64,000 bases of DNA, taken from contig QPGO01000165.1 of assembly GCA_008632985.1 (NCBI GenBank), positions 62,001 to 126,000 on the forward strand, in the 5' to 3' direction. The stretch's first letter is position 1. Each line of letters opens with the position of its first letter. Origin of the DNA: Psammoneis japonica (taxonomy: Eukaryota). Below the pieces are notes generated by a model. It saw only the letters and a list, made by a program, of their open reading frames with translations, did no database searches and had not been told where the DNA came from. The position numbers were made by a program, and so were the translations under genes. This document shows positions 11,095 to 25,159 of the stretch, piece after piece.

Positions 11095-14000
11095 GAGACA
11101 ATCATGCCGTACATCAACATAGATCTATTCATTTGTGTGTCTCCTTTTTACATGCGTTCAACACTCGCTGTTGTGCCACATTCAATGCTGGTTTAACAAT
11201 CTTGTGTAGAATTGGTCTCAGTGCAAACGCGGTCAAGCCCCATGTCTTTCCATTACGGCTCAGAAACAGGGTCCCACAGTGCTTGCCTCCCAATCGCTTT
11301 AGTGGCGAGAGATGAGGCAAGAGTGAATTTAGTGAAATGTGAGGCGATGCCACTCGACTGACAACCATCGTGGCTCGTCGTGGACGGTGCAGGCACAAGA
11401 CACAGTGCAGAACAATGCACCGGTTGCAACTGTGGTGCAACAAAGTGGCAGTTTGGTGATCACAGGAGGGACTCTCACATCATCATCGACAGAAGAACAA
11501 GATGACATCATGAGCAACGACGAAAGAAAAAGCGACACAATGAAAAAATGAACGACAGAGACAAGATTGTGGTGGAGAACTGCTGCAAGAACACGTTCAG
11601 ACAGTGCAAGTTTCTGAATGGCAAGGCACCAAATGACAGCAATGGAAGAGTGGCAGCAGACACAGTGCTGTCCAAGCTCAACGTGCCAAAGAAAAAGAGC
11701 ATGAGTTTGGGACATGTCAAAGGACAAGGCACAAAGGCAGATGACAAAAAAGAGGAACAGCACAAGTGGGGAAGTGAAGAAAGGCTTTTTTCAGCAAGTG
11801 GTGGAAGGAAACAGGGTGACATGGAGGTGGTGACACAATGGACTTCTGGCACACATTGCCTCATGTGTCGTGAATGCACAGGGACCTGGGTCATGAGAAG
11901 AAGAACCCGAAAGCAGAAGAAAGACAAAATGCATTTTCTGAAAGAAGTGCAAGAGGGCAGGGATTGCATGATGGCCCAGACCTGTTTCACCATCCACTTC
12001 CTGCTGAGCCACGTGGAAGCATTGACTCAAACCAAGACATTGCTTGAACAAGTTGGCATTGGAGAGTGATGAGGCTTTTGGGCTGCACATGCGCAGCAAG
12101 ACGAGAGAAGAGTTGAAGCTGGCCAAAAATGAGGGGCTCATTCCAAAGGTGAAACACAGCAATGGGAAGGGCTCAACAGCAAAAAGGAGTCACAGGTGGG
12201 ACAAATGCTGGCTTGCAAGGTGCAGGGAGTTGGGAAAACAGATGCAGGAGCAGAGACTGAGCAAGAACACAGAGGCATGCAATGAAGTTTGGTCTGAGGA
12301 GTTCTGGGAATGTGCAGACAGCAAGGAAGACAACGAAGAAGGAGAGGGCGATCAGATGCAGATGGAGGAAGATGGCAAGGAAGAAATCAAAAACCTGGAA
12401 TTGTGGTGCGTGGACACACTGCAATGGACAGCTGTTTCATTTGACATTTGGCGACAATTCAAGTGGAAACAGAAAAAACAGAAATGACCACAGACAGACC
12501 AGGGAGAGGGGGGGGGGAGCACAGCATTTCAGAGTGGCGCCAGCTTCGCAGAAATGAATTTTTTGCACCAGCGCAGAACTGCATGCATTTTTTCAGTGCT
12601 GCGCAGATTTCCTGACACATCAACTCCTGTCACGACACAGATGCAACAACAAAGCATCTGTCGTGCTGCTGTTCATGAAATGGAGAAGCCTCCACAAGTT
12701 GAAATGTTTGGCTGTGTTTGAGATCAAGGTCAGTGCAAACACAATGTGTTGAGTGGGATGTGGGCATGTGCGCCATTTCAGCCATCTCAAAAGGATTCTA
12801 AAAGCACTCTGCTCTGTTTCTTCTTCTTGTCACTTGGCATCACTGGCAACCAACCACCACGATGCTCTGTCCATTTCACATCTCAGTGGCTTTGATGAAG
12901 TTTTCACAATTTGCTGTTTCAGCAAGTGTGCTTCAACATGGCAAGATGAGAGAAGCAAGTGCATCAGACTTTGGCTGACTGCTTTCTCATGCTCTGCAAA
13001 TCAAGAACATGGTCGATGACCTCAACAGGAGAAAGCATTCTCTCTCATTTTTGGGTGCTGCAAATGACAGCTGCCAGTGCACACAAGGAGGATGAGTGTT
13101 TGTTGGCTGAGTGCACCACACAAACGGGAGTCTGCACTCTGCTGCAAAATGTTTGTCTGGTGGTGGACAAGCTCACATTTAGAGCAAATGGAAAATGCCA
13201 CACACACAAAAAAACATTCTTTAGAATTCCCTTTGATGTCACAACAGTTCAATCTCAGAGACAGAATGGAGTGCGCATGATGGTCAAAAGCAGCTCAGCA
13301 GCAAGATTTTTTCAGAACAGCCTCAATTTTTGAGTGCTGAGATCTGCCAGGTGAGTCAATTTTACAAAGAGAGCTGCTGCTTTTTAGACACAAAACAGCA
13401 CCACAACTCATGGGCAATTGATGGGCAGCAGAAGAGTTTAAAAACAGTCAGTTGAAAGGCATGAGACAGTCATTGTCAATCCAGTGGAGTTCACAAAGGA
13501 TTGTCATTTTCTTCAAGGAGTGTTCTTGACATGACGTCAAGTGCTGGAAAGTGCCTTGTGTTGCACACAGAAAACAGAACACCAGCTTGAAGCTGCTGCT
13601 TTGTGGTCAAAATGAGCTTGCCAATTGGAGCACATCTAAGAAATGGTCACTCAAACCAGTGAAGTGAAGGGTTGTGGAAGGTGCTCCAAATGCCACAGCA
13701 GTTTTGATGTTGTGACGACATCTTGAAACTTGCCGCTCTTTCTCATTGAACAGCAGGATTCCACAAGTTGTTGTTTCAAGTGTGGACACAAGGAATTTGA
13801 AAAACATTTGAGGTTGACTGAGCTCCAGAACAATTGTTCAGATTTTGGTCACACAAGTTGAAGCCAATGCCACTCGAGCATGGAACTGAAATGCCATGGA
13901 AGGAACAAACAACGGATCTGCAAACAGACGGGAAAAGAAAAATGAGTTGTCAATGCAATGGCAAAAATCAGGGCCAAGTCATTGTCCCACATTTAAATGA

Positions 14001-16714
14001 AGGACCTTCATTGCAAATGAACCAATGTGATTGAACCCAAAATGCATGAACCCAAAACCTGCGTGGAAAACAAGAGACGGGCCCATGTTTTAAATTGCCC
14101 CCCAATCAAATTGTCCCCCCCTCTGATGTTGTGGAAGCAAAAGGCTCTTGAGTGAGATCTCCCAGGTTTGGGGCAGGATGGATGTGTTCAACAATGGTGG
14201 ACAAATTTTCACTCTCTGTGTGTCTCTCCTGGTTTGCCCATGTGCACAAATTTGTTGTTGAGAAACACACCACTGGGCAAGTGCTTCAAGGACCCACAGT
14301 TGTCTCAGCTGCAGCACCTCAATGGCCCCAACTTTTTCAGAAATGTGGGTGCTGGCAGTCAGTGCTGTGCAGTTTGGATGTCCTGTGCATCCGAAGACAA
14401 TTTTCAAAGAATGCATGCTGTGCCATCTCCCAACCAGCATGATGCAAAGCAGGAGCACTCTACAGCCCTGCTGTTGTGTCAGAGGTTCTCTGAATTGGTG
14501 GTGCAAAGCCATCCCCCCAGTTGAGGACAGAGGAGTGATGAGAAGTTTCCACAGCAAGCAAGAGTGACAGCAATCAGTTGGCTCCTCTGAGCACCAAGTC
14601 CCTGCGTTTTCAACTGCGCCAGCTGCAACTCCAGAGGGAGACCCAAGAGCTGTGTCCAGGTCACTTCAAGTGCCATTGACTGCTGACAATGATGACCATT
14701 TTCCCAAAGCTCTAGACTTGATGAGTCCTGCTCAGACACAACACATTTTGGCAGAGCTGTGCACACACCAGCAGATTGCCATGGCCATGAAGGCAAGGGC
14801 CATCATTGCTGTGCTGGACACACACACCTTTGAAGGCATTGCTTTTTTTTGTGTTGAGCACATCATGTTGACTCAGTGCTGGCACTTTCAAGCAGCAGAA
14901 TGCACAAAGATTCACATGTGGCATTTGCTGATCTTGACTTGTCCATGCATTTGTTGCACTTTTTTTGAGCAAAAAGACTCACAACCCTGATGCTCCTTTG
15001 CATCATGAAGCAATGGCAAGACTGCATGCTGAAGAGTTCAAGAAAGCCATGTGCTCAGAGGTCAATGATTTGGCATGACTCACCTCATTTGCTCTGACAC
15101 TGCATGGGTTGAAGCCTTCAAATGCCAGTGTTTTGCCCAGCATTTTTGGGTGCTCAATGTCAAGAGATGTCCTGATGGGTGTGTTTTAACAAGTTCAAGG
15201 CATGGGCACTTCTGTGTGCAAGGCAACCAGTGCCAACAAGAGGGCGCACCTTTTCTTTGAGACATGGCTCTGTTGTTCTGTGTGGCTTGGCATCCTCTTG
15301 TCAAGTTTGTTGTGCACACTTGCTTTTGCTCAAGCAGATGTTGATGAAAATGTGCACATCAACTCACCCAACCTGTTTGCATTTAAAGAAGGAGACTGTG
15401 TTTTGAAGCCCAGCAAGAGCCCCCATGGATTGCTTCAACCTGGTGCAATGACTTCTTGGCTCCAACATTTGTCCAAAGGCACAGAAGAGCATGGGTTGTC
15501 CTCTGGCAAAAGAGGTCCTTGTTTTTTCATTGGCAAAGACATTGTTTGTCTTGTGTTGGCCACAAGAGAATCCAGAGGATGGGTTGCCATCGTTGTTGCA
15601 CCAAAGGGATGGTTGTACAGAGAAGCAACAACAAAAAACCAGAAATGCCATCCAAAATGTGAGAAGATCTTGCACCGAAGATCTGCCAAATGTTTGGTGA
15701 TTTTGCTGGCCGATGCACACAAAGCAGAACTCTGTGTCAAAGATCTTTTCTTGCCAACAGGTCATCAGCTTTGCACTTGCAACATCAAAGGAGATTGTGC
15801 AAGACACCTCGTCAGTTCCAAAGGTGGGATCATGTCTGTGTGTGATGGGGCAGGCAGTGGAGAAATGGTTGGAAGAGCTGCAAGTGAGCTCTGCAGCAGC
15901 ACTGCACATCATGTGAGAGGCTTTGTCAGAGGGGTCCAGCAGCATTGCATCACACACAGAAGAGGACAAGCACCAGTGCAAGCACAAAGACATTGCCAAT
16001 GGAGAGCACTCATTTTGCCAAGAAAGGCCCAGCAAGCTGCTGACCAGCCAAGCCCCACCAGAAAGAATGCCAGCACACATGTGTGCATGTGCACAATGTG
16101 AGGCACTGTCCAGCCAGCATGTGAAATCAAGTGGGGGCAGGAGCTGTGTGCTCAAAAGCAGGCAGGCAAGAGCCCAGCCCAAAAAGCCAGCACTTGCCTG
16201 CTGTTGACAACCTTTCAGGATCCAGCGAAGCAGCAGCAACCAACAATCTTGGAATCTTGTTGTCATGTTCTTCAGCACATGATCTGCAGAGTGTGGAGAG
16301 TGGTCTGGGCTTGGTGCTGATCTGCACTCCTTTCTCAAACTCAGCACCTTGCTGGTGCCTTGGCACGCACTGACTTCTTCTCCTTGCTTCTTTCAGCACT
16401 GCAGGCCCACAAATCACAGTTGTTTTTGGCATTTTGAAAGAGCAAAAAGAATTCCAGCTTTTTTGTTCCATCTCTTGAGTTCCAGAGAGTCAAGAAACTG
16501 GACTGCTTGCAGCAACAGCTGTTTGGTGGGCCTGACTGGGATGGCAGCAAGGTCATCAGCACAGTGTGCGTGTTCTCTGGTGCCTGTTTCTGGGTGCCGA
16601 CAGCTTGTCACACAGAAAAGGACAAACAATTGGAAGGACAACAGGTGCTCTAAAAAAATGGAAAGCTGTTGCAGCTGCAATCTCAGCATGGAATGATCAG
16701 ATGAGAGAGCCACA

Positions 16715-17315
16715 TCAAATTTGGGGTTGGGGAAGACCAAGATCGGCCAGATTTCCAAGTTGTTCATGGACCATGATTCCCAAGATGCCCATTTGTGCAG
16801 CACAACCATTGCTCAATTTGATGGCACGCTTGCAGTTTTTCCATTCAGTGGTTTGCTTGTCCCACCCAAAATGAGTGAATCCATTGTGGCAGTCACCCAC
16901 AAACTCTCTTCTGGAGTCTTGCATGAAAGCAGTCAAAAAGAAGAAGATGCACCCCAAAGCAAAGGGGATCATTCCACAAACCTCCGTGGGAAGGCCAGAC
17001 ATGTCCAGAGCCTTGAACTCAAATCCGACATCTTTTGCACCCGGCAAATGAGCACCAGAAGCAGTGGTCAACCATCCAATGACGGCAAGTGTGGCGCAAC
17101 ATCCACGGCAAAGCTCGACATCTCACAATTTGTCAAAATCTTCCTCGTTTTTGTTCTTGCAAAGGCCAAGGGGGTCAAAGACACCCAACAGAGTGGCAGC
17201 TCCAAGCTTGTCAGACAAGGTGTTGTTCAAGGCAACACCACCAGAAGAAGCCTTGCAAGCAGGGAAGAATGCAGCAGCACCCACAACAAGAGAAGCAAAG
17301 AGGACAGTTCTTCAT
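16715..17315 (-). pseudogene. LHCF: Fucoxanthin-chlorophyll a/c binding protein (Lhcf/FCP) pseudogene
   Basis: Presequence ..LFASLVVGAAAFFP, then LGVFDPLGL, FDKL*DVEL.RG..ATLAVIGWL and the helix-3 motif AIKLSNGCAAQMGILGIMVHEQLG (consensus ELNNGRAAQMGIL.LMVHE). Contains a frameshift and a stop. Confidence 0.92.
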
Positions 17316-17795
17316 GGTGATGGTCTGTGTCACAAGGAAACAAGTTGAGGACACCCTCAATGGCTGGTTGGTTGCACCAAAAACACCCAACAATGACAAT
17401 TTAAGGATTGGCTCCTGTCACCAGGACCACCAGCACTCCAGGTCATCCTCTGGGTTGCTTTCCTCAATGGCACTGTGGGACATGGGATGATGCAAAAAGA
17501 AATGGATAAAACCATTTAAATCTGCACCATCCGCATCAAAGCCTGCACATTTTTTATGTCACATTGAGGTTCCAAACAAACCTTCTAACTGGCCAACTCT
17601 CAGCACTCATGTGCATGTGCTCACATGTGACCCATTCTCGTGGCATCATGCTGGAGAATGACGTCAGGGTAGAATGACCTTGCAAGCATCAAAATGAAAA
17701 GTGAACAACACGAGACATCATCGTGGTTTTGACCATGGCGGCTCCGGACGACAATGCGGAAAATCCACACCCATGAGTGTTGACATTTTTGACAT

Positions 17796-18910
17796 GTGTT
17801 GTCGTTTGTAATGCACTTGTTTCATGTCCATTGGAATGTCAACACTCACCCACTTGTTTGCTGTGATTTTGCGGGGCTCTGGAAAAGCGACGATGATGCC
17901 AGCGATTGCACGGCACACCTGCAGCGTCGAGAACAAGGAGAGTCAGAGAAGCTCCTACAATGTTTGAACATGGTTCTTGCAACTGTTGAGACTCAATGTG
18001 TTCTCTGGTTGAATGACAAGTTTGCATGGCTGAGACAGTCCGTGTGTGCCGTGTCCCATCACCCTGAATGGCATCCACCATTGCGCCCCAGAGAAGCGGC
18101 GCAATTGCCATCCAACGCCAGATCAGAGACTTTTGCTTTGACCAAAGACATTGCAAAATGTCTGACAGCTCGAGAATCTTTACCTCCTGCCCCCATTGCT
18201 GTAAAAGTTCCCGTCAAGGACAAAAGAACCGAGCAACGACACAACAAGAAAGATTTTACAAAGGTGACACCCTGCGCTTTGGATGGCAACAATGATGTTG
18301 TGACAATCAAACTCATTGCTTTTCTCAATCCTTCTTCTTCCCTCATTCAGAGTGGTTCTGTGTTGAAGCTGCTAGATTTTGGTCCAATTTATTTCAGCTT
18401 TGGCAATCTCACCAATCGATGTGTCGGGTTGCTGGTTTCCAAATTTGAAGTTGTCGGATTGGAAGCAGTCAACAAGAAGCACATGTCTCGGCCAGAAGAC
18501 AGCTCAAGGCAGGGGAGAAAGCAAGCAATGGACAGCTGTGACAGTGAGAAGTCTCAATGTGGTGGTGATTCTGATGAAGAGGCTGGGCTCTAATCCAATC
18601 TGCACTTGCACCAGCTTTTTGGTTGGCAGTGGGTGCGAATTGGAGACGTGGGGTGTCGATTCTCTTGTTGTGAGAGAATTGGCTTTTGACCACCAACTGG
18701 CATGTAAACAACTGTTCTGCATGACTTTAGCTGAAAAGTGCTTCATTGCTTTGTTGCTTGCATGCAACAAATGTCTTTCATGTGAATGGACTGGCAACAA
18801 TTGAGCAAGGCTGTGCCAGGCTGCATCATCTCTGCCATCCTGAAACGATTCCCAGAACCAAGCGGTGTCTACAAAGGACACAAAGATGCCTGGAACGCAC
18901 ATCTAGCTAG
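17796..18910 (+). pseudogene. Decayed TE-associated ORF with OB-fold-like middle and KolX/P2X7-tail-like C-terminus
   Basis: ALDGNNDVVTIKL..LN..IQSGSVLKLLDF is RPA70N-like. PGCIISAILKRFPEPSGVYKGH resembles the P.CVV..IR..FP...G.Y.GF motif. Motif recall only. Confidence 0.35.
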
Positions 18911-20349
18911 CAGCAGGTGCAAAATCACGAAGCTTTTCAACTGTCTAATTTCATCAAACATTGCAACTGTGTCATCTTCTGTTCAATCGTCACCTTCCTC
19001 GGTGCCACTCGGGGATGGTCTGGCATTTTGATTCAGGACAGTCTCGTGCAAAGTGCTTTCAACCACATTGGACGCAAGAGCTCTTTGAAGTGTTCAGCAG
19101 CAGATTTAAAATTGACAAGCTTTTCAACTGTCCAATTGCCAAACATTGTTCCAACTGTGTTGTCCATCGCCAAACTTCTTTCAAGCCGAATGACAGATGG
19201 TTGCCAGCCACCAAGCTTGCATCATGAATCATGACCGCACTTTCAATTGTGATTGAACATGTTTTGTGTGCCAGACTTCTTGCAGCCGGTCATGTTGTCA
19301 AACAATGAGAGTCTGACGCGCAGCATGATTTTCTCTGTTGTCTGTGGTGGAACCGATTCTTCCACAGTCGTGAGGAGTTGCAGGAGAGCTGCCACCCTCA
19401 TCCATTTTGTGGGCACCCTCCTCCACATCATGGTTGAATCTAGAGCCATTGCCATTTGATGTGCTTGTCACACTTGTCTTGGACACAGCATCTCCCGTCT
19501 TTCCATTTCAATCCGGGGCACGAGCAGTGCAGCCGACATTCTCCAACACTTTGTGAGCAGAAAGAAACAGCGTCTTGTTCCAAACAAAGCAGGTTGGCAC
19601 TGTCTTTGGCATGGTGACAAACGCATCATGATGTTCTTCGTAACACTTGAAACCATTTTCTTGAAATCCAAACTTACAGTGAGTGTGATGAGCATCGTGG
19701 TTGTTGAATCGGACTCGTTCTAGCAAGGCTGCATCACGCTTTCTGCACATTGCATTAACCACATTGCTGAGGGGGGAGTCACTGGCAGCCACCACACTTC
19801 AGAATTGTGCGCGTCATTAAGTTGTCCATCTAACACCCCTCAATGTTGGGTGGAAGGTGAAGGAGCACTGTTGACACAGCGCTGCAAACACCGTTGTCAT
19901 TCACACTGATTCTGTGATTCTCATGATTTCTGAGAACCGTGGTGTGTTTGTGTGGCTTTCAATGAGTTTCCCTCCACATGGCATCAGCACATTTTTCAAC
20001 GGAGTGCATCCGGGTTGCAGGTCCCATCAGAACCTTGAGCAACTGCAAAGCTTGAACAACGGCAACATGGCACCATTGGCAACAAACAAGACCAATTTTT
20101 TATGTTTCACATGCAGAAACTAGAGATTGATGTGACAGTTGAATTTTTTGAAAAAATGAGCAGTCTGTGTTGTTCCTCATTTGTTGGCGATGAGCCGGAT
20201 CATGATGATGTGAATGTGCCGCATTTTTGCATGGTGTTGTCCAAGGCTCTCTCAAGCCTGTAGAGCCTTTTCTCACGGATGTAAGTGAGCGTGATGTCCC
20301 ACCAAATGCTCCTGATGAACGCACTGCATTGCATCATTTGCTCGTTTCA

Positions 20350-23300
20350 AGTCAGCTCACACCAATGGTCTCCCCTGTTGCTGACTTCTTTTTGATTGTG
20401 CCAACAAATCCAAGCCACAAACCATCCAGCATTGAATCCATTCGTGCCATGCATCCCTCCCTTTCTGAGTTTGTGTGGCTTCTCCAACAGCCTGGCAACA
20501 AAGTGCTCGCATTCAGGACACAGCACTTTGTCCTCTGCACTGATCCTTGTGATGACATTCTGTCCTGCCTCCAGGTTTTTAACAAAATCTTCAATGGCAG
20601 ATCCTCCTTGGGTTGCAGCTGCCACACTTGAAGAAGAAGACGGCAGCATGCGTGGCTTTTTGGCGGCTCCAAAAGTGGTTGTCAGGTTGCAACGACGGTG
20701 GTCGCATTGAAGGCAGTCATTGCAAGGGCAGGCATGCTTCCGATGCAACAACTCGGAGTCATCTGTGCCAGTCCCATGGCTTCCATAGAAAAAATCCCTG
20801 CTGGATCCAGCATGTCCCTTGTTGGTGCTTGCCAATTCTTTGTCGAACCCTCCTTCAGGATGCCAGAGACAGACTCACTTGTTTGGCAAGAATTTGCCCT
20901 CTCCGTTTCCCCTGTGGTGACGGGTCTTGCAGCTTCTGAGAGGCAATGAACAATTGGCAGCCAAGTGACGGACAAGGGCTTGCATTCCTGGGCCATGGTC
21001 ATCACCTGCAGAACGCTGAACATTTCCTTTTAGAACATGAGTTTGCCCATCGCAAACACATTTTCCATGGTTCTCGGGAAAACAAATGTCCCAGAATTCC
21101 ATTCCAGTGCAAGCCAGAAAGGTTTGGCAACCTCGAAATGCCCAGCATCCCTGGCATTGGGCAGCACATCCATCCCTTTGACGATGAAACGCATGAAGCA
21201 AAGGAAATGGTGGTTCTGCAGACCCCACCCAGTCCTGCAATCCATCTGGTGAGTCGCCACAGTCCGTTGCGTCACCTGGCATTCTTCTGCCATTCCAGAA
21301 TGCCTCAGCTTTGCTGTCATCATGAAGCTTTCCATGTTTCAGGAAAGATGCAATGTCTTGCATTGCAGCATGGTTGAATGCAGCACTGCCTTTTTCTTTG
21401 CCCATTGCGAAGAATGCAAAGCTTTTTGCATGCCACCACTTGGTCGATCTTGGCCTTTTCCAGCCGCTTTGCAGTCCATGGGTGCTCTTTTGCAACAGTT
21501 TCCCTGGAGACAGTTTTTGGGTTGAATGAAACATGCACAACATTTGCAATTGTGAGATTCTGGATGAGAGCATGTCAGATCATGTTTCTGTGTTGAGTGC
21601 ATCACCAAAGAGAAGTCACCTGACGTGTGTGCTGCATTCTTGTGTTCCGGAGGTGCGTCATCTAGAACGGCAGGAAGATGCAGACATGCTTGAATTTCCC
21701 TCAACTTTGCTTGCCTGTCCATCTTGACTTGCCAGAAATGCTCTGGCATTCCTCTGCCTTCTCTTTCAGAAAGAACACAAACTTTTTTGAGTGCCCCGAA
21801 CTGGAAGCCATTCTTCTTGCGTGCTGACGCCGTCATCCCCACAGGTTCCATCATCGGCATTTGCAGTCTCTGAACTTGCAGGGCATTTAACTTTAACCCA
21901 GTCTTTCCAGGTGAACATGTCATGGTCATTTCGTCAGGACATGCTCGCACAGTCTTGGTCATGACAATCCTGGTAACATGTCTGTTTCCGTCAGTGCGTG
22001 CTCCTCGCATCCCAAGAACACTGCGTCCCATCCACACTTTTGATGCACTGTTGCAGCTGCATTGGGTCAGTTGTTTCTTGTTTTGCTGCAAGCACCAAGA
22101 GTGCAGTCTCTGTTGAATGTCTTGAAGGGCTCCATCACGTGTTGTTGATTGGCATCAAGAGTGGCACTCCATTTTGATCAAGCTTGTAGAGGTCAAGCTG
22201 AGGCACGTGAGTTGGGGCACAGAGAATGGCGGCCAGCAATGCTTGAGATGACACAGAAAAAGTCCTGTGTGGTGTGCCTGTGCAACACGTTCCAGCACAC
22301 TCATTGCACTGGAAGTTTTCTCCGGCACCCGGCTCCAACCTGGCCACGAGTGAGTGATCATTTGGAAATGGTGCATTGTTGCCATTTCAACCTGCTCGAT
22401 CATGCAGGGCAAGATTCTCTGTCAGAATGGTGCATTTGGGACAGGAGCAGAAGTGCACTCCATCAGGATGCAAGCACTTGCACATGCATGCCTTGAGCAG
22501 CTTTGCTGAACCTTTTGTGCCATTGGGCCGCTTCTCTGTTTTCGTCTTCACGATTTCCTTCCAAATGGGTGACGGTTCCCTTGGATTTTCTGGAGAAGCG
22601 CGGTTCCTGCCAGTGAGTTGGTCAAGCAGCTCGGCGTTTGAAGCAAGGAGACATCTTGCAGGGTGCTTGTCACACATTTGCTGCCCATTGGCATGCAAAC
22701 CAACAGGAGTCAAGAACTCGTGCTTGTTGACGTTGTCAATTTGGGATGCTTCATTGCTGTGGAGCCATTCGGCTGTCATGCCACAAACCTCCATTGACGG
22801 TGGCAACAATGACATGTGAGACTGCTGCGGGTGCTAGAGACTGGTGCAGTTCAAACAGTCCCTGTGGATGCTGCAACATTGACTCACCTCCGTTGATTGC
22901 TGTGATGTGTTGATGAGGCTCCGCCCAAACCCAGCGCCTTGTCCATGTCTTCAGATCCACTCCAAGTGCAAATGCACATTGCAGGTGCCGACGAGTTACC
23001 CCGACAGCTCTTTCCAAAGCCCTGCCAAGCTTCAAATCTCTCATGTCATCGCTTGCGAGTGCAGCAAGTGCCGAGTCCACACAGCTCTTGTCTTCCAACG
23101 TTTTGGTCCTTTGTGTTGACAAAACATGTTGAAGAAATTCTTCAAAGCTGCTTGCAACTCTCTGTTGAGCTTGGTTTCCTTGTCTTCATGAGGAATGCCC
23201 ATTGTTCTGTCAACGGACATGGCTTCACCAGCTTGCCTGGCCTCTCAAACGGCAGGTCTTGACATGAAGCAATGCAGCATTGCTTGGTTCATCTTGCACC

Positions 23301-24506
23301 ACCTTGGCCAAACAGAGTGTCTTCCATTTCTCTTGCAGCATTTCTGGCTGCAATTGCTGCACTTGATGGCAGCATTCCATCATCATCAAAAACGCACTTT
23401 GCTGCAAGCTCGTTGGCTTTCTTGTTGCTGTGAGTCTTTTCCCTGCAGCTGGGCAAATCCCTCTTTGAGTTGGGCGCCTGCTTTCTTCAGCCTGCTGTTT
23501 GCCGCTTCTTTTCCCTGAGAAGAAAGGTTTGAGGAAAATTGTGCAAGACACCAGCGTTAGAGTCAACTTTGGTCAGAGAGAGAGTCGCACATGACATGCC
23601 CCAGTTCACAACATGCCATGTGCTCACCTTGCCTTTTTCAGAAAAGCCGCGTTGGGTCGTTTCTCCAGTGGCGCCGACTGAATGAACTGGTCAAAAGCAC
23701 CTGTGACTTCTTTTCCAGTTGCCCAAAGTTGGTTTCCTTTCATCAATTTTCCCATTGGCCATCAGGTGGTCGTCAATGGTCCACTCGGTCAGGTCAACAG
23801 TGTCATCCTCCAAGAATCTTTGGAGCATGTCTCTCAGAAAGCGGTTCACCAGTGGCACATTGTGGATCCCTTCTGGGTTGATTCAAGCCAAAACATCCAC
23901 CATGACCTCTGATCCATCCCCATCAAGAGCGTCATCCCATTCTTGCAAAATCTGCTCTTGTTCGATTGTGCCACAAACTGTGAAAGTCAACGCCGTCGTC
24001 AACTCTTGCACTTCTTCCAGTGGCAGCCTAAGTGCTGCAGCTCCAACAGCTTCTCCCATGGTCCAATGGAATGGAATCCTTGCAGCTGTTGCCACCTGCT
24101 CTTCACAATCAACTTCAAACTTTGCGGTCTCCCTGGTTGACTCAGAAAGCTTTTTCAACACATCTTGCCACTCAGAAATGACCTCTTGTGAGTCAGATCT
24201 CCTGCCAACTTCTTCCAACTCTTTCAAAACTTCCTTGAATTGCTTGAAAGATTCTTTTGAAAATGACAACGCAGTGTCATGCTGATCACGCTGCCACACT
24301 CCATGTTCTGGCTTTGATGATGTCAGGGGAACTGAGTTCCCTCTGAACTTGCTGCCCGTCACTGAAGCCATCAAAAGATCTGCTTCTGATCTTTTCTTTG
24401 TGGAGTGGTCACACTTGAGTTTCAGTCGCTTGCGCTTCTTGGTGTCAGGTTCAGCATCAAGTTTAGTGCAGCTGTTGCATTTGCCGCAGCATTTGCGGCC
24501 CCCCAT
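20350..24506 (-). pseudogene. Large Sola-like DDD transposase, decayed
   Basis: Motifs in order on the minus strand: GDFS (~21620), RDGCAAQCQG (DGC..QY), FPENHGKCVCDG (HGK..CDG) and RKHACPCNDC..C. N-terminal CGKCNSC...KLKC cluster. Boundaries and TIRs not resolved. Confidence 0.6.
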
Positions 24507-24643
24507 GGTTGATGCTGCATGGGGTCACCCATGAGATTGGCTCGTCAGTTGCCGCACGTAGAAACCATGCTGATGCAACGCAAGTGACATCACAATGATC
24601 TCACACTGTGACAAAAAAGGCCAACAAATGTCTCCATCACCAA

Positions 24644-24730
24644 AGGTGGTGCAAATCCATTTGAAAGTTCAGGTCAGGTCCACTCAGCGAGAGGATCTCA
24701 AATCCAGTCTCAAATGGATTTGCACCACCT
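24644..24730. repeat. Perfect 21-bp inverted repeat with 45-bp spacer
   Basis: aggtggtgcaaatccatttga (24644-24664) and tcaaatggatttgcaccacct (24710-24730). Confidence 0.85.
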
Positions 24731-25159
24731 CCGGTCATGAAGTTAAATGTGTGTGTGCACATCCCCAAAAATGTCACATTTGGTGCAATCAACTGGCCAA
24801 CCTGCCATGTGGGACATCTGCAGTGGCCACTCTTGCTGACAAACTTGAGTCTGCTGTTGTTGGCTTGTTGGGCACACCTTCAACAACCAGGCAGCCATGT
24901 GTTGCTTCTGCACAGATGTGCACGTTCTTGATCTTTGCACATCTCTTGACATCCATGTGCGGTGTGCCAAAACTTCCCTCCAATGTCTGTCCGATGTCAA
25001 ATGGGAGTGAGGAGGAGTTTTGCACCAAAAAATCTTGACGGAACACGGAACAAACACAGCGGCATGAAACACCATGGCCATCAACACTCAAACTTTTTGG
25101 GTGTCATTAAAGTGTCCAGAACACTTGCATCCATCAACTGGAAAGCAAATGCAGCCTTC

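Noticed and set aside
11330..12490. Decayed plus-strand ORF with acidic tail
   Set aside because: Probably TE-associated but has no diagnostic motif.
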